Below, one piece after another: positions 10,049 to 19,565 of a stretch of 32,000 bases of DNA. Positions within the stretch are counted from its first letter, which is position 1. Each line of letters opens with the position of its first letter. The notes under the pieces were generated by a model, which was not told the DNA's origin, searched no databases, and saw only the letters and a program-made list of their open reading frames with translations. Both the position numbers and the translations under genes were made by a program. Origin of the DNA: Blattabacterium cuenoti (lineage in GTDB: Bacteria > Bacteroidota > Bacteroidia > Flavobacteriales > Blattabacteriaceae); the NCBI GenBank assembly GCA_014251975.1, contig CP059204.1, positions 150,001 through 182,000 of the forward strand, written 5' to 3'.

Positions 10049-12715
10049 TTATTTATATTTTTTTTTAAGGAAATATAAATTTTCTATTAAAGATTTAATT
10101 TTTTTTGTTATATCTTTTTTCTTTTTATATTCTTTAATAAGTATTTCTTCTGGTACAGAAGATAAATATTTATTATTTGATAGATTATTATTTATTTTTG
10201 TTAACTCAAAATTTAAATATTTAATTTTTTTATTAGCAATAACTATATTGTGTTCTATCATATTATCAGACAATATATTTTTTTCATCTGGTAATAGAAA
10301 AAATTTAAATGAATTTATTGAAAACGTTAATGATTTAAATTTAGGTTCTTTTAATAAAAATGTAATATTAGATAAATTACTCATTTTATATATAATAGGA
10401 TAATATCCTATATCTTTTTTCATTGTAAACAATGTAAAACTTTTTTTGAATGAAATGTTATTTTCATTTCTTATGCTACGTATTTTAGATACTATATCAA
10501 TACTATTTTTAAAATTAATTAATACATCTATATCATAATATTTTTTTTTAGGCCATTTTTCATTTATAAGATATTTATCAGAATTTTTATTTTTTATTAG
10601 TAACCATATTTTTTCAGAAATAAAAGGGATATATGGATGTAATAATTTTAATATCTTTTTAAAATATTTTATAACATTAAAATAAACTTTTTTAGAAATA
10701 TATTTATTATCTATTGGTTTTATTATTTCTAAAAATAATGAGCAAAAATCACCCCAAAAAAATTTGTATAAAATCATAGATGATTCATTTAATTTATATT
10801 CTGACATTTTATTTTCAAAAATTTCTAAAACATAATAAAAACGATTTTTTAACCATTTAATAGCGATACTAGTACTATTTGGAATAGTATTTTTTTCTTC
10901 TATTTTCCAACTTTTTATTAAACGAAAAGAATTCCAAATTTTATTTATAAATTTATTCCCCTGAAAAAATATTTTTTCATCGAAATAAAAATCTTTTCCT
11001 GCATTAGTTTTTAAACTAATACCCATTCTAATAGAATCAGCACCATATTTATCAATTAAATATGTAGAATTAGGACTGTTATTTAATGATTTTGAAATTT
11101 TTTTATTTAAAGAATCTCTAATAATACCAGTAAAAAATACTCTTTTAAATGGTAGTTTTTTTTTAAATAATAATCCTGATATAATCATTCTTGCTACCCA
11201 AAAAAATAATATATCTGAACCAGTAATTAAATCTGTAGTTGGATAATAGTACTGTATATCATTGTTATTAGGGGAATTAATACCATCAAATACAGATATA
11301 GGTAGCAAACAAGAAGAAAACCAAGTATCTAATACATTTTTATCTTTACATAAATTATTATAACCTAAGTTATAATTATTACTTTTATTTTTAGCTTCTT
11401 TTAATGCTTTATGAATATCTTCTTCTACTACAAATTCATTATTATTTTTACCATAATAATAAACAGGTATTCTGTGTCCCCACCATAATTGTCTAGATAT
11501 ATTCCAATCATGTATTTCATTCATCCATTTAAAATATATTTTTTTAAAATTATTAGGATAAAACTTAATTTTTCCATTCTTTACTAAATTAATAGCAGAT
11601 AGAGAAATTTTTTTCATTTTTAAAAACCATTGCATAGATGGTATATATTCTATCATTGAAAATGTACGTTCTGAAAATCCTACTTTATGATGTATTTTTT
11701 TTATATTAGATAGTTTTCCTAACTTATTTAATTCATTAACTACGTTATTTCTAACCTTTAACCTATCCATTCCTGAATAATGCATACCTTTTTCATTAAT
11801 TGTAGCATCTTTGTTAAAAATATTAATAATTTCTAAATTATGTTTTTCAGCTAGAATTTGATCATTTAAATCATGTGCTGGTGTAACTTTTATACATCCT
11901 GTACCGAATTTAATATCTACATATGTATCTTGTATAATAGGTATTATCCTATTTATTATAGGAATTATTGCTTGTTTACCTAATAATTTTTTATATCGTA
12001 TATCATTGGGATTAAAACAAATAGCTGTATCTCCAAATATTGTTTCTGGTCTAGTAGTAGCTATAGTAACAAAATTATTTTCATTTTTTATTTTATATTT
12101 AATATAATACAAATTATCTATTTGTTCTTTATAAATTATTTCTTCGTCAGAAATTGTTGTCTTTGCTTTTGGATCCCAATTAACAACGTGATATTTTCTA
12201 TATATATATCCCTTTTTATATAAATCAACAAATGCTTTTATTACAGATTTTGATAAATTATTATTCATAGTGAATTGAAAACGATTCCAATCACAGGAAC
12301 ATCCTATTTGTTGTAATTGTTTAATAATAATATTTTTATGTTTATCAACCCATTTAAATACATAATTTAAAAAACCTTGTTTACCTAATAATGATTTAGA
12401 TATTCCTTTTTTTTTTAATTCTTCTACAATTTTTGCTTCTGTTGCTATAGAAGCATGATCTACACCTGGTACCCAACAAACATTATATCCTTTCATTCTA
12501 AAATATCTAATTAAAACATCTTGTATTGTATTATTTAAAATATGTCCTATATGTAACGTACCAGTTACATTAGGTGGTGGCATAATAACAGTGTAAGGTG
12601 TTTTATTATGATCTGGATAAGATGAAAAACAATTTCCTTTTATCCATTTATTATATATTTTTTTTTCAATTAGTTTTGGATTATACTTAATTGAAAAATC
12701 TGAAATAGTCTCCAT
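10049..12715 (-). CDS. valS: valine--tRNA ligase
   Basis: 888 aa. HIGH motif (PPPNVTGTLHIGH), KMSKS-like motif (KISKSLNNS), and a C-terminal coiled-coil. Confidence 0.93.
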   Translation of the reverse strand: METISDFSIKYNPKLIEKKIYNKWIKGNCFSSYPDHNKTPYTVIMPPPNVTGTLHIGHILNNTIQDVLIRYFRMKGYNVCWVPGVDHASIATEAKIVEELKKKGISKSLLGKQGFLNYVFKWVDKHKNIIIKQLQQIGCSCDWNRFQFTMNNNLSKSVIKAFVDLYKKGYIYRKYHVVNWDPKAKTTISDEEIIYKEQIDNLYYIKYKIKNENNFVTIATTRPETIFGDTAICFNPNDIRYKKLLGKQAIIPIINRIIPIIQDTYVDIKFGTGCIKVTPAHDLNDQILAEKHNLEIINIFNKDATINEKGMHYSGMDRLKVRNNVVNELNKLGKLSNIKKIHHKVGFSERTFSMIEYIPSMQWFLKMKKISLSAINLVKNGKIKFYPNNFKKIYFKWMNEIHDWNISRQLWWGHRIPVYYYGKNNNEFVVEEDIHKALKEAKNKSNNYNLGYNNLCKDKNVLDTWFSSCLLPISVFDGINSPNNNDIQYYYPTTDLITGSDILFFWVARMIISGLLFKKKLPFKRVFFTGIIRDSLNKKISKSLNNSPNSTYLIDKYGADSIRMGISLKTNAGKDFYFDEKIFFQGNKFINKIWNSFRLIKSWKIEEKNTIPNSTSIAIKWLKNRFYYVLEIFENKMSEYKLNESSMILYKFFWGDFCSLFLEIIKPIDNKYISKKVYFNVIKYFKKILKLLHPYIPFISEKIWLLIKNKNSDKYLINEKWPKKKYYDIDVLINFKNSIDIVSKIRSIRNENNISFKKSFTLFTMKKDIGYYPIIYKMSNLSNITFLLKEPKFKSLTFSINSFKFFLLPDEKNILSDNMIEHNIVIANKKIKYLNFELTKINNNLSNNKYLSSVPEEILIKEYKKKKDITKKIKSLIENLYFLKKKYK

Positions 12716-12737
12716 AATTTAAAAATATTATAAAAAT

Positions 12738-13247
12738 ATGAAAATAATTTTAATTGCATCTGTTTCTAAAAATGGATTTATAGGACAAAATAATAATATG
12801 ATGTGGAATTTACCTAATGATTTAAAAAGATTTAAAAATATTACATTATGTAACTATATTCTTATGGGAAGAAAAACATTTGAATCTATAGGTAAAATTT
12901 TACCAGGTAGAGTAAATATAATTTTTACAAAAAAAAATTTTCATAAATTTAAGAAAAAAGAAAAAAAAAATTTAAAAGTTATCTCTTCAATTAGAGATAT
13001 TAATAAATATTTTTATGACAAAAAAATTTTTGTAATTGGAGGTGAAAAAATTTATAATTTAATGATACAATATGCTTATATTATAGAACTAACATTAGTT
13101 CATCACAATTTTAATGGTAATAAGAAATTTCCTAAAATAGACATAAAACAATGGATAAAAACTTATGAAGTTTTTAATAAAAAAAATAAAAATCATTTAT
13201 ATGATTATAGTTTTATTAGATTTAATAAAAAAAATATAATTCAATAA
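12738..13247 (+). CDS. folA: dihydrofolate reductase
   Basis: 169 aa. Motifs IASVSKNGFIGQNNNMMWNLPNDLKRFKNIT, LMGRKTFESIG and VIGGEKIY. Confidence 0.88.
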   Translation: MKIILIASVSKNGFIGQNNNMMWNLPNDLKRFKNITLCNYILMGRKTFESIGKILPGRVNIIFTKKNFHKFKKKEKKNLKVISSIRDINKYFYDKKIFVIGGEKIYNLMIQYAYIIELTLVHHNFNGNKKFPKIDIKQWIKTYEVFNKKNKNHLYDYSFIRFNKKNIIQ

Positions 13248-13300
13248 AAAAAAGAAATTTATTATTTGTATTTTATATAATAAAAACTTTATATTTTTAC

Positions 13301-14278
13301 ATGAAAGAAAAAACTTTTCGTGAAGTTATAGCTGATGCTATGAGTGAAGAAATGAGAAGAGATAATACTATTTATTTAATTGGGGAAGAAGTAGCTAAAT
13401 ATAATGGTGCTTATAAAGCTTCTAAGGGAATGTTAAAAGAATTTGGCCCAAATAGAATTATTGATACCCCAATTTCAGAATTAGGGTTTGCTGGTATAGG
13501 TATAGGATCAGCTATGAATGGTTGTAGGCCTATAGTAGAATTTATGACTTTTAATTTTTCTTTAGTAGCTATGGATCAAATTATTAATAATGCAGCAAAA
13601 ATACGTTATATGAGTGGAGGCCAATGGAATATTCCTATTGTTTTTAGAGGTCCTACTGGTGCTTCAGGACAATTAGGGGCTACACATTCTCAATCTTTTG
13701 AAAGTTGGTATGCTAGTTGTCCAGGATTAAAAGTAATTATTCCATGTAACCCTTATGATGCAAAGGGATTATTAAAATCAGCAATAAGAGATAATAACCC
13801 AATAATTTTTATGGAATCTGAACAAATGTATGGAGATAAAATGATGATACCAGAAGAAGAATATACTTTGCCAATTGGCAAAGCTGATATAAAAAAAGAA
13901 GGTAAAGATATTAGTGTAGTTTCTTTTGGAAAAATAATTAAAACTGCTTTAAATGTAGCATATAAATTAGATAAAGAAAACATTAGTGTAGAAGTAATAG
14001 ATCTTAGAACTATACGCCCTTTAGATTTTAAATCTATTATTATTTCTGTTAAAAAAACTAATCGTTTAGTAATTTTAGAAGAATCATGGCCATTTTCTTC
14101 TATTTCTTCTGAGATTTCTTTTTTTATACAAAAAAACGCATTTGATTATTTGGATTCACCTATTGATAGAATAAATCTTTTAGATACTCCAGCTCCTTAT
14201 TCTTCAAATTTAATTAATATTTGGTATCCTAGTGAAGAAAAATTAATTAAATCAATAAAAAAATCTCTTTATATTTAA
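13301..14278 (+). CDS. pdhB: pyruvate (2-oxoacid) dehydrogenase E1 component, beta subunit
   Basis: 325 aa. Transketolase-like pyrimidine-binding and C-terminal domains ([35 protein letters not shown]...[10 protein letters not shown]...HSQS). Confidence 0.9.
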   Translation: [325 protein letters not shown]

Positions 14279-14289
14279 TAAAGAACTTA

Positions 14290-15016
14290 AATTTATTAAT
14301 ATTTTCAGTTTTACCACCCAATAGTATAGTAATGAATAATATCAATAATCAATACAAAATTTTTTAATTCCATATATTTATGTATTACAATACTATAATA
14401 ATATTTAATACATTATTTTTATCTTTTGTTTTATTTATAATTAATCTGGTATACTAATATAAAAATTAGTTGAAAAAAAATATTTAAATTATTAAAATAA
14501 ATTGGTTTTTAATTATAGGTATAAATTAGTTCATATATCCCGTGTAATATACATTTTTTGACAAATGAAAAAATATTTTTTTATAAAAAAATATTTTAGT
14601 AACATTAGTAACAATATAATTATCTCCTGAATTAATTTTTTTTTCAAAAAACATAAATTACTTTAAATAGTTCTTATAAATGTTTTTTATTATATTATTC
14701 TACACCAATAAAAAAATAAAATACAGTAGTATTTATCAAAAAAATTAGGTTAAATAAATTTAAATATGTTACTTGTTTTACTAATAATATTTCACACTTA
14801 TACTCATTTTTTTTTGCAAAAAAAAAATCATATTTTATTAAATTTTCTATATTAATACTAAAAAATTATCTATACACAAAAATTTTAAATCTATTAATGA
14901 ATTTTATATAATATTTAATCCATACATATATGGAGTACAGAATTAATAAATACCATATTTATTCATAATAGCTGAACCAATACCTAAAGTACATGGCCTA
15001 ATTAATATTTTTTTTA
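14290..15016 (-). pseudogene. probable eroded short-chain dehydrogenase/reductase (SDR) gene
   Basis: My minus-strand hand translation gives IKKILIRPCTLGIGSAIMNKYGIY* from about 15016 (TLGIGSAI = 14967-14990). This resembles the SDR N-terminus MKKxLITGxxxGIGxAI. About 150 codons downstream, in a shifted frame, is SGDNYIVTNVTKIFFYKKIFFHLSKNV (FHLSKNV = 14550-14570). This resembles IVNISS...YxxSKaA at the expected spacing. Many stops and frameshifts lie in between. The boundaries are approximate. Confidence 0.45.
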
Positions 15017-15157
15017 TAGTAAGTAATTAATTTTTTTAATAAAAGTAGGATTAAATTTGATAAATGGATCTATACAAAAAATATTTTTAATATATAAAAA
15101 AAAAATAAAACTTTTTTCTATATTATGTTATATATTATATAATTTTCATTTTCATAA

Positions 15158-16426
15158 TTATTTTATACTATCAAATCCTGTATATGGTATCAAAACTTTA
15201 GGAATATTTATTTGATAATTTGTTTGATAATTTTCTAATAAAGTAACTAAAATTCTAGGTATTGCTAGAGAACTTCCATTAAGTGTATGACATAATGCTA
15301 TTTCTCCAGTAACATTATTTTTATATTTAATATTTAATCTATTTGATTGAAAATTTGTACAATTAGATATAGAACTAACCTCTAACCATTTTTTTTGTGC
15401 TATAGAATATACTTCAATATCATAAGTTATAGAAGAAGAATATCCAAGATCAGGTCCAGTTAAACGTAAAATTCTAAAAGGCAAATTTAATGATATTATT
15501 ATATTTTTTACATGTAATATCATATTTTTTAATGCATAATTAGAATTTTTGGAAGATGTAATTTGAATTATTTCTACTTTATCAAACTGATGTAATCTAT
15601 TTATACCCTTAGATTTTGTTCCATAAGATCCAGCTTCTCTCCTAAAACAAGGTGTATAAGTAGTAGCTTTAATAGGTAGATCATTTTCATTAAAAATTTT
15701 ATCTCTATAACAATTCATAAGTGGTACTTCTCCTGTAGGAATAAGATATAATTTATCATTTTCTATAAAATACATTTGATTTTCTTTGTCTGGTATTTGC
15801 CCAGTAGAAATACCAGACATTTCATTTATTAAATAAGGTAGATTATATTCTTTATATGAATATTTTATATTTATATCTAAAAAATATTGTATTAAACTTC
15901 TTTGTAATTTAGCACATTTATCAATGTATACTGAAAAACCAGTTCCACACATTTTTGACCCTAAACTCAAATCAAATAAATTAAATTTTTTTGTTAATTC
16001 CCAGTGAGGTAATGGATTATTTACTAATTTTTTAATTTTTTTTTCTTTAAATAAAATATTATTTTTATCAAAATTTTTATTTACATATTTATCTGGTATA
16101 TTAGGTATATTTATTAATTTTTGATTAATTATAAATAAAATATCTTTCAATTCTTTCTTTAATTTTTTTTTTTTATTCTTTGAAAGAATACATTTATTTT
16201 TAATATCATTTAATTCATAATTTTTATTTTTAATTAATAATTTTCCTATTTTTTTTGATAAAATATTTTCTTTTTCCAATATTTTATTTAGAATATTTTG
16301 TATTTTTTTTCTTTTTTTGTCTAATAATAATACTTCATCTATAAGATAAATTTTCTTAAAATTTCTTTTTTTTAATCTAAATAATATTTTTTCTCTATTT
16401 TTAGATATAAAAGATATCCGTAACAT
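15158..16426 (-). CDS. serS: serine--tRNA ligase
   Basis: Class II motifs (FRREAGSYG, LNGSSLAIPR) and an N-terminal coiled-coil arm. The track ORF begins at a TTG (16465). The ATG at 16426 (MLRISFISKNREKI) matches the usual SerS N-terminus. Confidence 0.9.
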   Translation of the reverse strand: MLRISFISKNREKILFRLKKRNFKKIYLIDEVLLLDKKRKKIQNILNKILEKENILSKKIGKLLIKNKNYELNDIKNKCILSKNKKKKLKKELKDILFIINQKLINIPNIPDKYVNKNFDKNNILFKEKKIKKLVNNPLPHWELTKKFNLFDLSLGSKMCGTGFSVYIDKCAKLQRSLIQYFLDINIKYSYKEYNLPYLINEMSGISTGQIPDKENQMYFIENDKLYLIPTGEVPLMNCYRDKIFNENDLPIKATTYTPCFRREAGSYGTKSKGINRLHQFDKVEIIQITSSKNSNYALKNMILHVKNIIISLNLPFRILRLTGPDLGYSSSITYDIEVYSIAQKKWLEVSSISNCTNFQSNRLNIKYKNNVTGEIALCHTLNGSSLAIPRILVTLLENYQTNYQINIPKVLIPYTGFDSIK

Positions 16427-16456
16427 AATTAAAATAAAAAAATTTAATATTATCAC

Positions 16457-17245
16457 ATGAAGCAATATAATAAATATATATATATTTTGAATAAATTTTT
16501 TATTAATAAAAAATTAGGGCAACACTTCCTTATAAAAAATAAAATAGCAAAAAAAATTGTAGACAGTCTTTCTTTTAAAAATTATAATACAGTATTAGAA
16601 GTTGGCCCGGGATTAGGTATTTTAACTAAATATCTATTAAAAAAACCTAATTTATTTATTATAGAAATTGATAAAAGACTAGTTGATTTTTTAAAAAAAA
16701 AATATTACAATATTAAAAAAAAAATAATTCACAAAGATTTTTTAAAATGGGATCCTGAAGATTTTTCATTAAAAAATTTTGCAATTATTGGTAATTTTCC
16801 ATATAATATTTCATCTAAAATACTATTTCATATTTTAAAATATGAACAATATATACCAGAATGTATAGGGATGTTTTCAAAAGAAGTAGTAAAAAAAATA
16901 ACTTCTAAAGAAGGTAACAAAAAATATGGCATTTCTTCTATTTTAGTTCAATCTTTTTATAATATAAAATACCTTTTCACTGTTAAAAAAAATGTATTTT
17001 ATCCAGTACCTAAAGTAGAATCTTCAGTAATTTCTTTAACAAGGAATAATAATGTTTTTTCTTCTTATAAAAAAAAATTATTATTTAATTTTGTGAAAAC
17101 AGCATTTAATAAAAGAAGGAAAAAATTAAAAAATTCTTTGAAACTATATAAAAATACAAATATTTTAAATTTTAATAAAAACAATTTTTTAGATAAAAGA
17201 GCAGAAGAATTGTCTGTAAAAGAATTTAATCAATTAGTTAAATAA
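16457..17245 (+). CDS. rsmA: 16S rRNA (adenine1518/1519-N6)-dimethyltransferase
   Basis: 262 aa. Motifs KKLGQHFL, VLEVGPGLGILT and IIGNFPYNISS. Confidence 0.9.
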   Translation: MKQYNKYIYILNKFFINKKLGQHFLIKNKIAKKIVDSLSFKNYNTVLEVGPGLGILTKYLLKKPNLFIIEIDKRLVDFLKKKYYNIKKKIIHKDFLKWDPEDFSLKNFAIIGNFPYNISSKILFHILKYEQYIPECIGMFSKEVVKKITSKEGNKKYGISSILVQSFYNIKYLFTVKKNVFYPVPKVESSVISLTRNNNVFSSYKKKLLFNFVKTAFNKRRKKLKNSLKLYKNTNILNFNKNNFLDKRAEELSVKEFNQLVK

Positions 17246-17259
17246 AAAATAAATATGAT

Positions 17260-18129
17260 ATGATAACTACTAAATTATTAGATGGTTCTAAAACTTCTAT
17301 TGAAATAAGAAAAAATATAAAAAAAATTATTAAAAAAGAATTTATAAATAAAAAAAAATATTTACCCCATTTAGGTATTATATTAGTTGGAAATTATATA
17401 TCTAGCAAAATATATGTTAATAATAAAATAAAAGAATGTAAAAATATTGGGATGAATTTTACTTTAAAACATTTTAAAAGTAATTATTCTGAAGGGGATA
17501 TTTTACAAGAGATTATAAATATGAATAAAAATCCACTAATTGATGGATTTATAATACAATTACCTTTAGAAAAACATATTGATAAAAATAAAATTATTTT
17601 ATCTATAAATCCTAAAAAAGATGTAGATGGATTTCACCCAGAAAATTTTGGTAAAATGGCATTAGATATGAATAGTTTTATCCCAGCAACAGCATTAGGG
17701 ATTATAACATTGTTGAATAAATATAAAATAAAAATTAATGGTAAACATACAGTAGTTATTGGAAGAAGTAAAATTGTAGGAAGACCAATTAGCATACTAA
17801 TGAGTAGAAAAAATATTATAGGTAATAGCACAGTGACTATAGTACATAGTAAAACTAAAAATATAGAATTTTATACTAAAATAGCAGATATACTAATAGT
17901 AGCTATAGGTAAACCTCAATTTATTAAGGGTAATATGATAAAAAATGGAGTTATAATAATAGATGTTGGAATAAATAATATTAATTATAATAAAATATTA
18001 GGAGATGTAGATTATAAAAGTGTTATAGGTAAAGCATCTTATTTAACACCAGTACCAGGTGGAATTGGGCCTATGACTAGAATAATGCTATTGAATAATA
18101 CTTTAAAAGCAGCATTAAACAGAAAATAA
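17260..18129 (+). CDS. folD: bifunctional methylenetetrahydrofolate dehydrogenase / methenyl-THF cyclohydrolase
   Basis: 289 aa. Motifs PHLGIILVGNYISSKIYVNNKIK, DVDGFHPENFGK, VVIGRSKIVGRPI and TPVPGGIGPMT. Confidence 0.92.
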   Translation: MITTKLLDGSKTSIEIRKNIKKIIKKEFINKKKYLPHLGIILVGNYISSKIYVNNKIKECKNIGMNFTLKHFKSNYSEGDILQEIINMNKNPLIDGFIIQLPLEKHIDKNKIILSINPKKDVDGFHPENFGKMALDMNSFIPATALGIITLLNKYKIKINGKHTVVIGRSKIVGRPISILMSRKNIIGNSTVTIVHSKTKNIEFYTKIADILIVAIGKPQFIKGNMIKNGVIIIDVGINNINYNKILGDVDYKSVIGKASYLTPVPGGIGPMTRIMLLNNTLKAALNRK

Positions 18130-18165
18130 TTAGTATAAATTATTATTAAATTTAATAAATCATAA

Positions 18166-18759
18166 TTAATCATTTTGTTTTTTTATATGTCTTTTTTCTA
18201 GAATATTTAAAACATCTTTAATATATAATTTTTTATAATTTAATAATATTAAGTAATGAAATAATAAATCTGCTGCTTCATTTAATAAATATTTATTATT
18301 TGAATCTTTTGATTCAATAATAAGTTCTATAGATTCTTCACCCAATTTTTGAGATATTCTATTTATTCCTTTAATAAATAATTTATATATATAAGAATTA
18401 TGTGCTTTATCATTAATTCTATTATATATTATTTTTTCTAAAATAAAAAGAAAGTTTTCTTTGTTAGTTTCTTTCCAACAAGTATCATATCCAGTATGAC
18501 AAACTGGTCCTATTGGATCAACTTTAATTAACAAAGTATCTTTATCACAATCTATAAATATTTTTTTAATAAATAAATAATTTCCAGATGTTTCCCCTTT
18601 AGTCCACAATTTTTTTTTAGATCTACTATAGAAAGTTACTTTATTTTCATAAATGCTTTTTTTATAAGATTCTTTATTCATGTATCCCATCATTAAAACT
18701 CTATTTGTTGTTATATCTTGTATAATAGCTGGTATTATTCCATTTTTAAAACTTATCAT
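18166..18759 (-). CDS. hisIE: bifunctional phosphoribosyl-AMP cyclohydrolase / phosphoribosyl-ATP pyrophosphatase
   Basis: 197 aa. HisI part (PAIIQD...VLMMGYMNKES...FYSRSKKKLWTKGETSGN...DCDKDTLLIKV...CHTG) and HisE part (LGEESIELIIE...EAADLLFHYLILL). Confidence 0.9.
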   Translation of the reverse strand: MISFKNGIIPAIIQDITTNRVLMMGYMNKESYKKSIYENKVTFYSRSKKKLWTKGETSGNYLFIKKIFIDCDKDTLLIKVDPIGPVCHTGYDTCWKETNKENFLFILEKIIYNRINDKAHNSYIYKLFIKGINRISQKLGEESIELIIESKDSNNKYLLNEAADLLFHYLILLNYKKLYIKDVLNILEKRHIKKQND

Positions 18760-18803
18760 ATTTTCACAATTTTATTTAATTTTTTTAGTAAAAAAATAAT
18801 TTA

Positions 18804-19562
18804 TTAATTTATTCTAACTGGTATATTATTCTTTTTAAGAAATTTTTTTAATTTAGGTATTTTAACTTCTTTATAATGAAAAATACTTGCTGCTAATGCA
18901 GCATCTGCTTTACCATTTTTAAATATTTCATAAAAATCTTCTATTTTTCCAGCTCCACCAGATGCAATTACAGGTATATTAACATTTTCTGATATATTCT
19001 TAGTAATATCTATTGCAAATCCATTTTTAGTACCATCATTATCCATGGAGGTTAATAATATTTCACCTACTCCTTTATCAATAGCTTTTTTTACCCAATC
19101 TATTACTTTTATCCCAGTTGATATACGTCCTCCATTTAAATATACAATCCATTCATTATCTATATATTTAGTATCAATAGCTAAAACAAGACATTGACTC
19201 CCAAATCTTTTAGATATTATTTCTAATATTTTAGAATTTTTAAAAGCTGCAGTATTTATTGATATTTTATCTGCACCATATTGTAATAATAACTCTACAT
19301 CTTGTTCTTCCTTAATACCTCCACCAACAGTAAAAGGGATATTAATATGTTTAGCAATTTTTTTAACTAACTTTACTAATACTTTTCTTTTTTCATTTGT
19401 AGCTGTAATATCTAAAAATACTATCTCATCTGCACTTTGTGCAGTATACCATTTAACTAATTTAATTGGATCACCAGCATCTTTTAAATATTTAAAATTT
19501 ACACCTTTTACTGTTCTACCATTTTTTATATCTAAACAAGGTATAATACGTTTAGTTAACAT
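18804..19562 (-). CDS. hisF: imidazole glycerol phosphate synthase, cyclase subunit
   Basis: 252 aa. Motifs RIIPCLDIKNGRTVKGVNF, DEIVFLDITA, FTVGGGI and ASGGAG. Confidence 0.93.
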   Translation of the reverse strand: MLTKRIIPCLDIKNGRTVKGVNFKYLKDAGDPIKLVKWYTAQSADEIVFLDITATNEKRKVLVKLVKKIAKHINIPFTVGGGIKEEQDVELLLQYGADKISINTAAFKNSKILEIISKRFGSQCLVLAIDTKYIDNEWIVYLNGGRISTGIKVIDWVKKAIDKGVGEILLTSMDNDGTKNGFAIDITKNISENVNIPVIASGGAGKIEDFYEIFKNGKADAALAASIFHYKEVKIPKLKKFLKKNNIPVRIN

Positions 19563-19565
19563 ATA

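Noticed and set aside
13753-13983. 76-aa minus-strand ORF inside pdhB
   Set aside because: It is antisense to a highly conserved CDS and is spurious.
16427-16465. N-terminal extensions in the ORF track (serS TTG 16465, xth TTG 25486, TPM gene TTG 9297, glpK ATG 2024)
   Set aside because: The extensions add residues with no counterpart in the conserved N-termini of these families, and most use TTG. In each case a downstream ATG gives the canonical N-terminus. The glpK case is the least certain.
17634-17831. 65-aa minus-strand ORF inside folD
   Set aside because: It is antisense to a conserved CDS and is spurious.
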